From Candidatus Cloacimonadota bacterium (GTDB lineage Bacteria; Cloacimonadota; Cloacimonadia; G963667145), in the NCBI GenBank assembly GCA_963667145.1, contig OY762943.1, positions 498,122-562,121 on the forward strand: 64,000 bases of DNA. Reading direction: 5' to 3'. Both the position numbers and the translations under genes were made by a program. Below are positions 51,975 through 62,300 of the stretch, in pieces. Under the pieces are notes generated by a model. It did not search any database. It was not told where the DNA came from and saw only the letters and a list, made by a program, of their open reading frames with translations. How positions within the stretch are numbered: position 1 is the stretch's first letter; every line of letters begins with the position of its first letter.

Positions 51975-53072
51975 TCAACATAAAAGTTCATATTTTCTGG
52001 GCGGTATGCAGTAAAAGTATCCACCCTTGTTAATTTTTTCTACGTCTCTCGAATAAAAATCTGCGATGATGGGATTTATGTTCATGACCTTATAATTAGG
52101 CTTTGAAAAATTTCCTTTCAAAATCTGTTTTGGCGATTTCCCATCTCGTCCTCGGTTGCCACGGAAATGATTAAAATAAAGCGTGTAACAGTGGGTTTTG
52201 CACAGAAAATCTTCGCAACTTCCAAAATCCTCAATTCTATAAAACTCATCTTCAATCAAGCGGTGACAACTCTCGACATCTGAATTAAAAGTCGGACTAG
52301 CTTTTGGAATAAGCAAATGCTTCGCACCATTTTTGGCTACCATTTTTTCAAAATATGTAACGCCTTTCTTCTTGTTAACATGCGTAAACTCTGTGCCATT
52401 GTCCGTCTGAAAAGCAATTTTGGAAATATCGACGCCACATTTTGCCAATTTTTTGCACAAATAGTCGATATAAATCCCTGTGTTAACGCTCGTTTTTTCG
52501 TAGCAAAATCCAATGAACTGCATCCCCGATTTATAGTCGCGAGCAGTTATTTGGTATTTCGGGAAATTTTTGTATTTAATCCCCTCAAACAGCTCTGGTA
52601 AGTCGGTCAGGTACTTAATATCAACCTGAAATTTCTCGTAAATTTTCGCTTTTTTTCGCATCAAGCTCAAGTCTTTTCTGCGTTGGTATCTTCGCTTTTT
52701 TTTCTTAATCAAACCTTCGTCGCACAGCTTTTTGTGAACAGTGGAATGCGAGCAATTCAGCTGAAGATGGTCAATAATTCGTCGTGAACCCCACAGGTTT
52801 TTGGATTTATTTCGGCACGTTACAATCTCATCAACCACTTCAGGATTCATGCGATTCGGGAAAAATTGATTTTTTCGGGACTTGTTATTCAACCCCTCCT
52901 CTCCCTTTAAATTATAAGCTTTTACCCATTTTCGCACAGTTTTTCTGGTGGTGTTGAATTCACGTGCAGCCTCCGAAATAGAAGTTTCTTTGGCGTACTT
53001 TACCAACTTTTTTCGGTAATAAACCTTGTACTTTTTATCCATAAAATTCTTATTGCTTTCGTAATTATTCAT
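51975..53072 (-). CDS. IS481-like DDE transposase (intact; stop codon lies outside the element)
   Basis: HTH, FQVDIKY, QTDNGTEF, DVESCHRLIEDEFY. Confidence 0.92.
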   Translation of the reverse strand: MNNYESNKNFMDKKYKVYYRKKLVKYAKETSISEAAREFNTTRKTVRKWVKAYNLKGEEGLNNKSRKNQFFPNRMNPEVVDEIVTCRNKSKNLWGSRRIIDHLQLNCSHSTVHKKLCDEGLIKKKKRRYQRRKDLSLMRKKAKIYEKFQVDIKYLTDLPELFEGIKYKNFPKYQITARDYKSGMQFIGFCYEKTSVNTGIYIDYLCKKLAKCGVDISKIAFQTDNGTEFTHVNKKKGVTYFEKMVAKNGAKHLLIPKASPTFNSDVESCHRLIEDEFYRIEDFGSCEDFLCKTHCYTLYFNHFRGNRGRDGKSPKQILKGNFSKPNYKVMNINPIIADFYSRDVEKINKGGYFYCIPPRKYELLC

Positions 53073-53218
53073 AGTGGTCAGATTGAGCTTTCACGAGTTG
53101 ATTTGACCATTTTTTTCACAATTTACGTGAAAGTTCTAAGCAATCTCCCCATTTTTTTATAAACTTTCCTGTTACAAATCTTCAATTTAGGGTGGATACT
53201 TTTAGTGTGAACTTTCCA
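51998..53218 (-). mobile_element. IS481-like insertion sequence, copy 2 (1221 bp)
   Basis: Same TGG...CCA ends as copy 1; 15-bp duplication AAAGTTCATATTTTC at 51983-51997 and 53219-53233. Confidence 0.93.
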
Positions 53219-53265
53219 AAAGTTCATATTTTCATTTTGCGAAAATCAATCTTGCAGAACTGCTC

Positions 53266-53868
53266 CTAAATACCCAAATTATCATTAATCAAAGCCACAT
53301 GGATGCGATTGGGATACAAGCAGTGGCGGGTAAAAACAATGTGATTGCAGATGCACTCAGGACTCAGACAATCGTGACATTTACCATCAACCACACAAGG
53401 CGTGTTTTTATTTAATCGTTTGGAATTAAGAGGGGCAACATAGTTTCTTACTCGTGCCAAAGATTCCTCCTCCGTCTTGCAGATTTTGTTCTTCCCAACC
53501 AAAAGAAAAACCTTGGTCGAACCATAAACAAGATTTGCCAAACGATTGCCATTGCCATCAATGTTGACCAGAACGCCATTTTCACTGAGAGCGTTGGAAC
53601 TCATAAGGTAAGCATCACAGCCAAAAGTCTGCAGATAGATATTTCGCACTTCCTGAGGATTTTTTGCCAAAGCTCTATCCAAAAGCACCGCACCTTTTTC
53701 TCTCAAGACATCTTTAATCCCTGAATTGCCAATGCTGAGGGAACCACCCCAAGAAACTGTTTGTCCTGCGTCTATCTGCGATGCGATGTAATTGACTGCC
53801 TCCGCTGTGGTCTGAAAATATTGAGGATTGAAATTTCTTTTTTTTAAATTTTCAATTAGTCTTTTCAT
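53266..53868 (-). CDS. LUD-domain (lactate utilization-like) protein
   Basis: WGGS, SSNAL, NIDGNGNR, GKNKI, TPC...C.DC....IC. Confidence 0.85.
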   Translation of the reverse strand: MKRLIENLKKRNFNPQYFQTTAEAVNYIASQIDAGQTVSWGGSLSIGNSGIKDVLREKGAVLLDRALAKNPQEVRNIYLQTFGCDAYLMSSNALSENGVLVNIDGNGNRLANLVYGSTKVFLLVGKNKICKTEEESLARVRNYVAPLNSKRLNKNTPCVVDGKCHDCLSPECICNHIVFTRHCLYPNRIHVALINDNLGI

Positions 53869-53905
53869 TTATTCTCTCCAAAATTGCTCAGCTTTTGGAT
53901 GTAAA

Positions 53906-54475
53906 TTACTTAAACTGCACCTTGCCATCTTTGAGGGACTTAATGATTGCCAAAGATTCTACCCGAACACCTTCATTTCTAATCAATTTCCCGCCGGGCT
54001 GAAACTCTTTTTCTATGACGATACCAACCCCTTCCAGTGTTGCTCCTGCTTGTTTAACTATATCAATCAGTCCGAGACACGCCTGTCCATTCGCTAAAAA
54101 ATCGTCCACAATCAGCACGTGGTCATCGGCGGTCAAATATTTTTTGGAAGCCTGAATATCATAATCAATTTGTTTGGTAAAAGAATGCACTTTAGTTAGA
54201 TATGTGTCTTTGTCCAAATTTCGTGAAGCAACTTTTTTGGCAAAAAGAAGAGGAACCCCGAAGCTGAGACCTGTCATCAATCCGACCGCAATACCAGATG
54301 CCTCGATAGTCAAAATTTTTGTAATCGTTTTATCGGAAAATCGCCTGTGAAACTCCTTACCAACCTCAAACAGTAATTGCGGATCAATTTGGTGATTCAA
54401 AAACGAATCAACCTTTAAAACTTCCTCCGAAAAAACTTTCCCTTTTTCAACAATTTTGTTTTTTAACAAATCCAC
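53906..54475 (-). CDS. xpt: Xanthine phosphoribosyltransferase
   Basis: LKVDSFLNHQIDP, TIEASGI, VDDFLANGQA; GTG start with RBS. Confidence 0.95.
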   Translation of the reverse strand: MDLLKNKIVEKGKVFSEEVLKVDSFLNHQIDPQLLFEVGKEFHRRFSDKTITKILTIEASGIAVGLMTGLSFGVPLLFAKKVASRNLDKDTYLTKVHSFTKQIDYDIQASKKYLTADDHVLIVDDFLANGQACLGLIDIVKQAGATLEGVGIVIEKEFQPGGKLIRNEGVRVESLAIIKSLKDGKVQFK

Positions 54476-54744
54476 AATTTTCTCCCTTCTTTTGAATTTT
54501 AACCATTTAATAGATTTTAAAGACGACGTTGAAACGCCACAAAACGTCTGCAACAAAAAATCAAATTGCAAACAACCAACTGCTCATCCAGAATTATTTT
54601 TTCAAAAAAAAGTAAACAAAAAAATGAAATTTTTTTCCCCTCTAAACTTGAATTAACTCAAATCTTATTTGGATTAGCTTGACTTCCCAACCTCTTTTTT
54701 TTATCTGCTATAAAACTAAACCACATCGTCAATTAGGAGGAAAT

Positions 54745-56643
54745 ATCAAATCACCCGAAATCTTAGCTCCCGTTGGGAATAAAGAGGCGTTCTTCGCCAC
54801 CATTGATGCAGGTGCAGACGCTATTTATCTTGGACTACAAAATTTTAGTGCTAGAGCAAGAGCTAACAACTTTTGTTTGGAAGATTTGCCTTTTATCCTC
54901 AAATATGCACACAATAACCAGACAAAAATTTACATCACTATCAACACTTTGATAAAAAATCGGGAATTGCCCGAGCTGATAAAAACATTATTTTTTCTGA
55001 ACAAGCTGAAAGTTGATGCCATTATTTTCCAAGATTGGGCTGTTTTATATATCGTAAAAAACTTATTCCCAACTCTCACCTTGCATGCCAGCACTCAACT
55101 GGGCATTCACAACTCAGCAGGAGCAAATTTTGCCAAGCGACAAGGAATCGAGAGAGTTGTTTTGTCACGGGAGATTACAAAATCGGAGTTGGCAAGCATC
55201 AGAAAAAAAAGCAAAGCGGAATTGGAGTTGTTCGTTCACGGAGCTTTGTGCTACAGCTTTTCGGGAGAGTGTCTATTCAGTAGCTTCATCGGAAGTTGCA
55301 GTGGCAACCGAGGGCAATGCAAACAACCTTGCAGGAGACTCTATAACGACAAATATTTATTCAACTTATCCGACCTCCAACTTCTGAAACATTTGCTATA
55401 TTTGGAAGAAATCGGTGTCGATTCCCTGAAAATAGAGGGCAGAATGAAGTCGGCGGAGTACATCTATAATGTGGTAAAAGCGTACAAAAACAAAGCTGAG
55501 AGTGTTCAAGATTTCGGGCGTGAAAAAACCGAATACTTTTTTGGAGAGAAGCTGAATAAGCCAATCATCGACTTCCCTTACACTGGAGAGCTAATTGGCA
55601 CTATCAGCAAAGTTGGCAAAAGTTCTCTTGATTTGGACTGTAAAATAAAACTGTCTGATGGGCTTCGTATAAGGATTTTGAGCAAAAATGGCTACGATGC
55701 ACAGCAATTCAAAGTCAAGACTGACAATTTGCTCTCGCCTAATTCCTTGCACAACTTACCCCCTGAAATAACGCAATCTGTGGAAATCGGCGACAACGTT
55801 TTTTTGGTGGGTCAACAAGATTATAAGCCTAAAGCCAAATTTCAGCGTAGCAAGTTGAACTTTGGATACGACCCCAAGGTAGTCCAAAAACTTATAGGGA
55901 AATCCAAAAGAGTTGACCCTATCCAACGTGAGCTTTTTGTCAAAATCGATTCTCTCGAATGGCTCCGCAAAGTTGACTTGAGAAATATGGATAAGCTGAT
56001 TTTAGACTTCGACAAAATTTCTTTGGGTAAATTGGATTTGAGCAAAGGATTTTTGCAAAAATTCAAGGAAAAACTAATCGTAGAATTGCCGACCTTCGTC
56101 AGTGAAAACAACATAGTCAGCTATCAGAACCTTGTAACCAAGCTGTACAAAGGCGGTGTCAAAAATTTTGCCTGCTACAAATCGCAAGAGGAGTTGTTGC
56201 TGCCAGGATGCACCGTCTATTACAAAGACCCGATGATGAACGATTTGGCAATCAGAACTCTGAACAGCAACAATTTCTTCTATCCGCAAGAGGGAGAATT
56301 TGAAAACGAATACCGAAATCGGAACGGAATTTTTCCACTATATTTCACGCCTAAACTCTTTTATTCTCGTTGTCCCATAGCGGATTTCGAGCAAATTACC
56401 GTTGACCAATTTACACTCAAAAAGCAGTCTCGAAACGGCTTTACCGTGGTTTATCCAGACAAGCCAGTGTCAATTTTGGAAGAAAAAGACAATCTGTACA
56501 AAAAGGGCTTCCGAAGATTTTTAATCGATTTGTCGTTTTGCAAGCCATCCAAAAATATTTTGTCCAAACTGATTAGAGAGTACGCCTATCCGAAAGACGG
56601 GATTGCGGGTTACAAATTCAACTTCAAACGAGGATTAAAATGA
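54745..56643 (+). CDS. Peptidase U32-family protein (RNA hydroxylation, RlhA/TrhP-like)
   Basis: PEILAPVG, GADAIY, LHASTQ, FVHGALCYSFSGEC, NRGQCKQPCR, SLKIEGRMK; start uncertain. Confidence 0.9.
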   Translation: MKSPEILAPVGNKEAFFATIDAGADAIYLGLQNFSARARANNFCLEDLPFILKYAHNNQTKIYITINTLIKNRELPELIKTLFFLNKLKVDAIIFQDWAVLYIVKNLFPTLTLHASTQLGIHNSAGANFAKRQGIERVVLSREITKSELASIRKKSKAELELFVHGALCYSFSGECLFSSFIGSCSGNRGQCKQPCRRLYNDKYLFNLSDLQLLKHLLYLEEIGVDSLKIEGRMKSAEYIYNVVKAYKNKAESVQDFGREKTEYFFGEKLNKPIIDFPYTGELIGTISKVGKSSLDLDCKIKLSDGLRIRILSKNGYDAQQFKVKTDNLLSPNSLHNLPPEITQSVEIGDNVFLVGQQDYKPKAKFQRSKLNFGYDPKVVQKLIGKSKRVDPIQRELFVKIDSLEWLRKVDLRNMDKLILDFDKISLGKLDLSKGFLQKFKEKLIVELPTFVSENNIVSYQNLVTKLYKGGVKNFACYKSQEELLLPGCTVYYKDPMMNDLAIRTLNSNNFFYPQEGEFENEYRNRNGIFPLYFTPKLFYSRCPIADFEQITVDQFTLKKQSRNGFTVVYPDKPVSILEEKDNLYKKGFRRFLIDLSFCKPSKNILSKLIREYAYPKDGIAGYKFNFKRGLK

Positions 56644-57581
56644 TAAAGCCCATCCTGAAATATATAGAAACCCACTTCGGCACCATCTTGAGTGCCTTGA
56701 TTGTCGTTGCTTTCGTTCTTCCGAATTTGCTGTCTCCTTTCCTTGCTTACATCGATAAATTCCTTATGATCGCTTTATTTTTGGGATGCCTGAAAATCGA
56801 TTTCGACGAATTTTCACACCTGCGAGCAAACCTCCACCGAATTGTTATCCTCAGTATCGTCTCGACGCTCGCATTACCTTTTTTGGTGTTCCTGCTTGTG
56901 TTTTGGATGCCACTACCCATCGCTCTGGGAGCGACCATGATAGCCGCTGCACCGGGAGCTATGATGTCTCCACTAATCGCTGGAATGTACAACCTACGTA
57001 TATTGTGGACAAGCGTCTATGTCATCATCTCGTCCATCATCTTGCCTGTCTTTCTGCCATATTTAATAGTCCTGCTCTTCGGCTCAAAAGTCGATTTTTC
57101 CATCTTGGAGATGAGCCTGTTCCTCACAAAAATGATACTTATTCCAGCTACACTCGCCTTTATTTTTAAGAAATTTTTTCCCAAAGCCTCCGATTTCACT
57201 GCCAAAAATTCTGGCTTCATGGGAACTCTGCTTATCGCTTTGTTCATTGCTGCTATCATCGCTGGAAATCGCGATTTTCTGATAAATAGCTTCTCCGCTC
57301 AACAGACGTATGTGGCTTTGATTACGATGATTTTGATTTTCATTCTTCGCTTTGCGATTGGCTACTACATCCCCTCTGGCGAATTGCGAGAAAGGCTGAC
57401 GAACTGCATGATGCTCGGATGCATGAACAACGGCATCATTATTATCGTTGCCAATAGATTTTTCTCCTCCGATGTGCAATTAGTGATATTGCTGTCTGAA
57501 GTTCCATGGAGCTTGTCACTGCCGATATTTGGGAAATTTTTAGCTTGGCATAACCAAAGAATTGAATTGGGAAAGAATTAA
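56640..57581 (+). CDS. Bile acid:sodium symporter-family transporter
   Basis: Multi-TM protein with AAPGA and GCMNNG motifs. Confidence 0.75.
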   Translation: MIKPILKYIETHFGTILSALIVVAFVLPNLLSPFLAYIDKFLMIALFLGCLKIDFDEFSHLRANLHRIVILSIVSTLALPFLVFLLVFWMPLPIALGATMIAAAPGAMMSPLIAGMYNLRILWTSVYVIISSIILPVFLPYLIVLLFGSKVDFSILEMSLFLTKMILIPATLAFIFKKFFPKASDFTAKNSGFMGTLLIALFIAAIIAGNRDFLINSFSAQQTYVALITMILIFILRFAIGYYIPSGELRERLTNCMMLGCMNNGIIIIVANRFFSSDVQLVILLSEVPWSLSLPIFGKFLAWHNQRIELGKN

Positions 57582-57584
57582 ATT

Positions 57585-58160
57585 GTGTACATAAAAAAAG
57601 GTTTATCTGAGGAATACAAAAGCGAAGTTACAAGATTGCTTTGGGAAGCTTTTGAAGATATATTCATGCCAATACTGAAAGACAAAACTAAAGCAATTGA
57701 TTTGCTAAATTTGTCCTATAATCCCGAAGACTGTTTTTTGGCGATTGAAGATAACAAGTTACTTGGGGTTTTGGCTTTTCAGACCAAAAAGAGTACATTT
57801 CTCTCCATCACAATGTCAAATTTAGTGAAAATTTATGGAATAGTAAAAGGTATTTTTAAAGCTTTCACCCTTTCTATACTTGATTATGAATGCAAAAGTG
57901 ATGAGTTTTATATTGATGCTATAGCTGTGACAGAAGATTCGCGAGGGAAAAAAGTGGGAACAAAGCTATTAAATTACGCATTCCAATTTGCTGTGGAACA
58001 AGGTTTTAATTCTGTTTCATTACAAGTCGTTGAAACAAACCTTAAAGCAAAAAAATTGTATGAGCGACTTGGATTTCGTGTAGTTAAAAATTTGAAAACT
58101 TGGCCTTTCCACAAAATTCTAAATTGGGATTTTCACAATACGTATTTAATGAAAAAGTAG
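57585..58160 (+). CDS. GNAT-family acetyltransferase
   Basis: YIDAIAV..DSRGKKVGTKLL; N.KAKKLYERLGF. Confidence 0.9.
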   Translation: MYIKKGLSEEYKSEVTRLLWEAFEDIFMPILKDKTKAIDLLNLSYNPEDCFLAIEDNKLLGVLAFQTKKSTFLSITMSNLVKIYGIVKGIFKAFTLSILDYECKSDEFYIDAIAVTEDSRGKKVGTKLLNYAFQFAVEQGFNSVSLQVVETNLKAKKLYERLGFRVVKNLKTWPFHKILNWDFHNTYLMKK

Positions 58161-58352
58161 GATAAATCCGTATTCATTTAATCTATTCGATTAGTCTCCT
58201 TTTGGGCAATTACCAGTGCAATAACAACGTGTAGCATCTTATTTGAACTACACTTTAACTTATTGCTTGACAAAGTATTAAATACTATAAGCATATCAAC
58301 GAATATTCAAATTAGGCAGCTGTCCATTACTTTAAATTAATAAGGAGAAAAA

Positions 58353-58823
58353 ATGAATTTTGAAGTAAAAACCATAGGCACCGTTAGGATTGAGAACGGC
58401 AAATATTCGATAGTAATCCAACCTGAATATAGAGACGGACTTACTAATATAGAAGGATTTAGCTATTTGAATGTATTTTGGTGGGCAAACAAATGTACTG
58501 CAAAAAGTAGAGAGAATCTAATTGAAAAATCACCTTACAAAAAATCTCCTGAAATCTTGGGTGTTTTTGCCACACGCTCACCTTTTCGTCCAAATCCAAT
58601 AGCTCTTTCGTCCATCTACGTTATTGATGTTGACCACAAAAACGGGGTAATCCATTTCCCATACATTGATGCGGAAAATGACACACCTGTGTTAGACATT
58701 AAGCCTTATCATCCCTGCTTGGACAGAATAAAGAACGTTGAACTTCCGCAGTGGTGCAGTCATTGGCCAGAATGCTACGAAGATTCAGCAAATTTTGATT
58801 GGGAAAATGAATTTCAATTTTAA
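58353..58823 (+). CDS. TsaA/TrmO-family SAM-binding protein
   Basis: GVFATRSPFRPNPI; DA...TPVLDIKPY. Confidence 0.9.
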   Translation: MNFEVKTIGTVRIENGKYSIVIQPEYRDGLTNIEGFSYLNVFWWANKCTAKSRENLIEKSPYKKSPEILGVFATRSPFRPNPIALSSIYVIDVDHKNGVIHFPYIDAENDTPVLDIKPYHPCLDRIKNVELPQWCSHWPECYEDSANFDWENEFQF

Positions 58824-61117
58824 AGAGTAACTTCACTTACACCGTCTCCACCAAATTTTTCTTCGGGGACGGTGTATTTTATTTTTTTGGAATGCAAATA
58901 TTCTCTTATCTTTCCCGCTAACACGCCCTTGCCATGAACTATTCGCACAAAATCCAATCCTGACAAAAGAGCGTCATCTATAAAGCTATCGATTTCTCCC
59001 TGAGATTCCAAAAAAGTCTTGCCCAACAAATTCAACTCTTTTTTAGCTTGTGCCAGAATGACTTTTTGGCGTTGTGGAGATTGCTCTTGCTTCTTGCCAC
59101 GGGCGGAATATAAGTCGGATAACTTACACGAAATAAGCAATCTACCGATTTCCACTTTAACCATTTCCCCATCTACGGAAACGACTTTGCCGTTGTCAGC
59201 AAAAGTTTTTACGAAAACCACATCTCCTGCGTGAACCTCGGATAAAGTCTGCTCTTCGTTAAACTCCTGCTCTCGAAGTTGGCTAACAATATCAGCAGAC
59301 TTATCAACCAATTTATCAAAATGCTTATTTTTCTTGGACTCAGCCAATTTCAAACTGAACTCTTTTTGCAAATTCTCAAAATAATTTTTGACTTTCGCCA
59401 ACTGCTCCTTGCGAATTTTTTTCTCGTTCCGCTTGAAATAGTCCAACTTATCCAAATAGTCTTTCATCAGTTTTTCCGACTCCTGCAAAACCTCGGAGAG
59501 CTTAGTATTCTTAGCTTGCCATGAATTTTTCTCTTTGCCCAGTTCGGACAACAAATTGGAAAACAGCAAACTTTCATCTTCCAACAATTCCTTTGCTCGA
59601 GACAAAATATCAGCATCAAAATGAAGATTTTTCGCCAACTCCAAGGCGTGACTATCGGCAGGATGACCTATCTGCAAATGGAATGTCGGCAAAAGCGTTG
59701 TACGGTCGAAGCTCATGGATGCGTTCTGACAATTGTCGCTATTGTGAGCAAAAAGTTTCAGCTTGTTCAAATGCGTAGTGATAACGCCAACGCTACCATT
59801 GACGCAGAGCGATTCCAAACTCGCAGCTCCCAGAGCAAATCCCTGCTCAGGGTCGGTGTAAGAGCCAAGTTCGTCGAACAAAACCAAAGAACCTGCTCCG
59901 CTATAACGAAGTGCTTTTTTCAGATTGAGCATATATCCAGAAAACGAAGATAGTTGATTATCAAGCGATTGCATATCTCCGATGCCCACAAAAAATTTGC
60001 TGAAAACTCCAACTTTGCTCTCAGAATCGGCAGGAATTAACAGACCGCAATTCACCATCAAAGCCAAAAGCCCAACGCTCTTCAAGAAAATGGTTTTGCC
60101 TCCAGCGTTAGCTCCAGAAACCACCAAATACGAACAATTTTTTTGCCCAATCTCCACACAAAATGGAATACATTTTTGCTCCAAATCCATCTTCAATAGC
60201 GGATGATAAGCGTTTTTGAAATCCACAATCGGCTCTTTTGTTACCTCAACAGATTTGCATCCCAACTCCAAACTAAACTCTCCCAAACCAAAATAGAAAT
60301 CCAATTTTGCTAAAATTTTTTGATTGGAAAGAATTTCAAAACTTATGGCAAAAATTTCTTCGCTGAACTCTTCCAAAATTCGATTAATTTCCCTCATCTC
60401 CTGACTTCGCAAATCTTGCAACGAGTTGTTCTGACCGACTATTTCCTGAGGCTCAACGTAAACGGAAGCCTTAGTGCTACTGCGTCCATGCACGATGCCA
60501 TCAACTCTGTCCGAAGCGGATGCCAAAAGCAAAATCCGCCCATCTTGATAAGCGACATAATCTTGGTCGGAATTGACATAAGTTTGCTCCAAGTAGCTGT
60601 TAATCTGTGAAGTTAGTGACCTTTTGTGAGAACAAATTCCTGTCAATTTCTTGCTGGCGGATTCTTTCACATTGCCGTGATTATCAAAGATGCGATTGAA
60701 TTTGGTTGTGATAAATTGCAATTTGCAAAGCTGACTTATCTCCTCTCCCACAAGCAAAAAATCTTCTTTTTCCAAATCTTCCAAGCTTTCCCACTCAGCT
60801 GTCAATCTTGAAGATAAAACACAAATTCTGCTAATTTTTTGCAATTGCTCGAAATTCAGACGTTGTGGTCGCTCCAATAATTTGGTGACATCTTCCAATC
60901 CATCAAATCTCGCTCTGCTAACTCGGGAAATATAGGAACAAATTTGGAAGATAAATGTTTGCCTTGCAACGATTAACTTGCTCTCGCCCAAAGGAGTCAA
61001 TTCCAAAAGATGCAACTTGCCCAAAGGGCTGTGAATCCTCGCTTCAATTAACTTTTTAAGCTTCCCAAAATCTAAAGCCTTTTCCCAATCACGCTCTGTT
61101 TTCATATCTTTCTTCAC
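58820..61117 (-). CDS. mutS2: MutS2 endonuclease
   Basis: SGANAGGKT, IGDMQS..QLSSFS, DELGSYTDP, TTH, Smr domain (RIVHGKG...GGDG). Confidence 0.92.
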   Translation of the reverse strand: MKKDMKTERDWEKALDFGKLKKLIEARIHSPLGKLHLLELTPLGESKLIVARQTFIFQICSYISRVSRARFDGLEDVTKLLERPQRLNFEQLQKISRICVLSSRLTAEWESLEDLEKEDFLLVGEEISQLCKLQFITTKFNRIFDNHGNVKESASKKLTGICSHKRSLTSQINSYLEQTYVNSDQDYVAYQDGRILLLASASDRVDGIVHGRSSTKASVYVEPQEIVGQNNSLQDLRSQEMREINRILEEFSEEIFAISFEILSNQKILAKLDFYFGLGEFSLELGCKSVEVTKEPIVDFKNAYHPLLKMDLEQKCIPFCVEIGQKNCSYLVVSGANAGGKTIFLKSVGLLALMVNCGLLIPADSESKVGVFSKFFVGIGDMQSLDNQLSSFSGYMLNLKKALRYSGAGSLVLFDELGSYTDPEQGFALGAASLESLCVNGSVGVITTHLNKLKLFAHNSDNCQNASMSFDRTTLLPTFHLQIGHPADSHALELAKNLHFDADILSRAKELLEDESLLFSNLLSELGKEKNSWQAKNTKLSEVLQESEKLMKDYLDKLDYFKRNEKKIRKEQLAKVKNYFENLQKEFSLKLAESKKNKHFDKLVDKSADIVSQLREQEFNEEQTLSEVHAGDVVFVKTFADNGKVVSVDGEMVKVEIGRLLISCKLSDLYSARGKKQEQSPQRQKVILAQAKKELNLLGKTFLESQGEIDSFIDDALLSGLDFVRIVHGKGVLAGKIREYLHSKKIKYTVPEEKFGGDGVSEVTL

Positions 61118-61161
61118 TAAATTTCTTGACCTCTTCCAAGTCTATTTCAACTCTAATTTTC

Positions 61162-61512
61162 ATGAATGACAAGGGTGCAAAATACGAAAAAATAGCAAGA
61201 AATTTCCTAGAAGATAAAGGGGTTACGCTTGTCGCGGGCAACTTTTTTTCACGCCACGGAGAGATAGACATCATTACCATTGATGAGGATTATTTGTGCT
61301 TCGTGGAGGTGCGTTATAGAGCGAAAAACATCATGACCGCCATCGAAAGCGTTGACTACAAAAAGGCGGAGAAAATCAGACTTACCGCTCAGGAATTTTT
61401 GGAACAAAACCCACAATTTGAAAATTATCCATTGCGATTTGATTTATTGGCAATCTCTTACGACCAACAATCTCAAAAATATTCAATTCAGCATCTGAAG
61501 GATTTCTTTTAG
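61162..61512 (+). CDS. YraN/UPF0102-family protein
   Basis: GEIDII, FVEVRYR, RFDLLAI. Confidence 0.9.
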   Translation: MNDKGAKYEKIARNFLEDKGVTLVAGNFFSRHGEIDIITIDEDYLCFVEVRYRAKNIMTAIESVDYKKAEKIRLTAQEFLEQNPQFENYPLRFDLLAISYDQQSQKYSIQHLKDFF

Positions 61513-61513
61513 T

Positions 61514-62284
61514 CTAACTGGCGGTGTATTCCTCTAAAATCCTTTCCCGAGAATAGTTACAACTGACTTTCCGATTGACAGTGCCATCTATAGCTGGCAA
61601 AAAACTGATGCGAACTTTGGCGTTTTTAATATTGACCAACCCCTTGAAATGATTGATAAAGCGGATTTTGCCATAGTAATAAAACGTTTGCTTATTCGTC
61701 TCGTCAACCGCACGACCGTTAAGTTGCAAATACTTCACGCAAATCGGAACAATCTTGGAATTTACGGCAGATTCAAACATTGAAGCCTTGAAATTCTTCA
61801 CAGTTACACCATCAGAAGTAGTACCCTCAGGGAAAAGCAAAATCGGAAGTCCACTATCCAGCACCTCTTTGGTTGCCTGAATATCCTCCAACAATCTTGC
61901 TTTGTTTCGCCTCTCGATGAACAAACTGCCACCCATAGTGGCGATAATCGCCTGAAATAGATGAATCTTCAGGTCAACAGAAGTAATGAAAAGAGTGGGA
62001 GTTACGGAAGCGATTATGGGAATATCCAAATACGAAAGATGATTGCAAACGAAGAAATTTCCACCAAATTCGGGGATGTTCTCTTTCCCGACAACCTCTA
62101 CCTCGAAATTCATGAATTTCAAAGCACGTTTAGCCCATTTGGAAGTAGTTTTGATGAAGAAAATTCGCCTCTTTCTGAGATTTCTATACCAAATAAAACC
62201 CCAAAAAGAAACGAAAACATAGCCGATTACATACAAAAAAATAAAATACAAATTACGATGAAAACTTATCTTCTTATTTGACAT
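61514..62284 (-). CDS. Lysophospholipid acyltransferase (PlsC family)
   Basis: NHLSYLD, FIER, FPEGTT. Confidence 0.9.
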   Translation of the reverse strand: MSNKKISFHRNLYFIFLYVIGYVFVSFWGFIWYRNLRKRRIFFIKTTSKWAKRALKFMNFEVEVVGKENIPEFGGNFFVCNHLSYLDIPIIASVTPTLFITSVDLKIHLFQAIIATMGGSLFIERRNKARLLEDIQATKEVLDSGLPILLFPEGTTSDGVTVKNFKASMFESAVNSKIVPICVKYLQLNGRAVDETNKQTFYYYGKIRFINHFKGLVNIKNAKVRISFLPAIDGTVNRKVSCNYSRERILEEYTAS

Positions 62285-62300
62285 TTAATTCCTCTGGGTT

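Noticed and set aside
54480-54680. Purine riboswitch upstream of xpt
   Set aside because: The conserved TATGG / TTTCTACC / CCGTAAA elements were not found on the minus strand.
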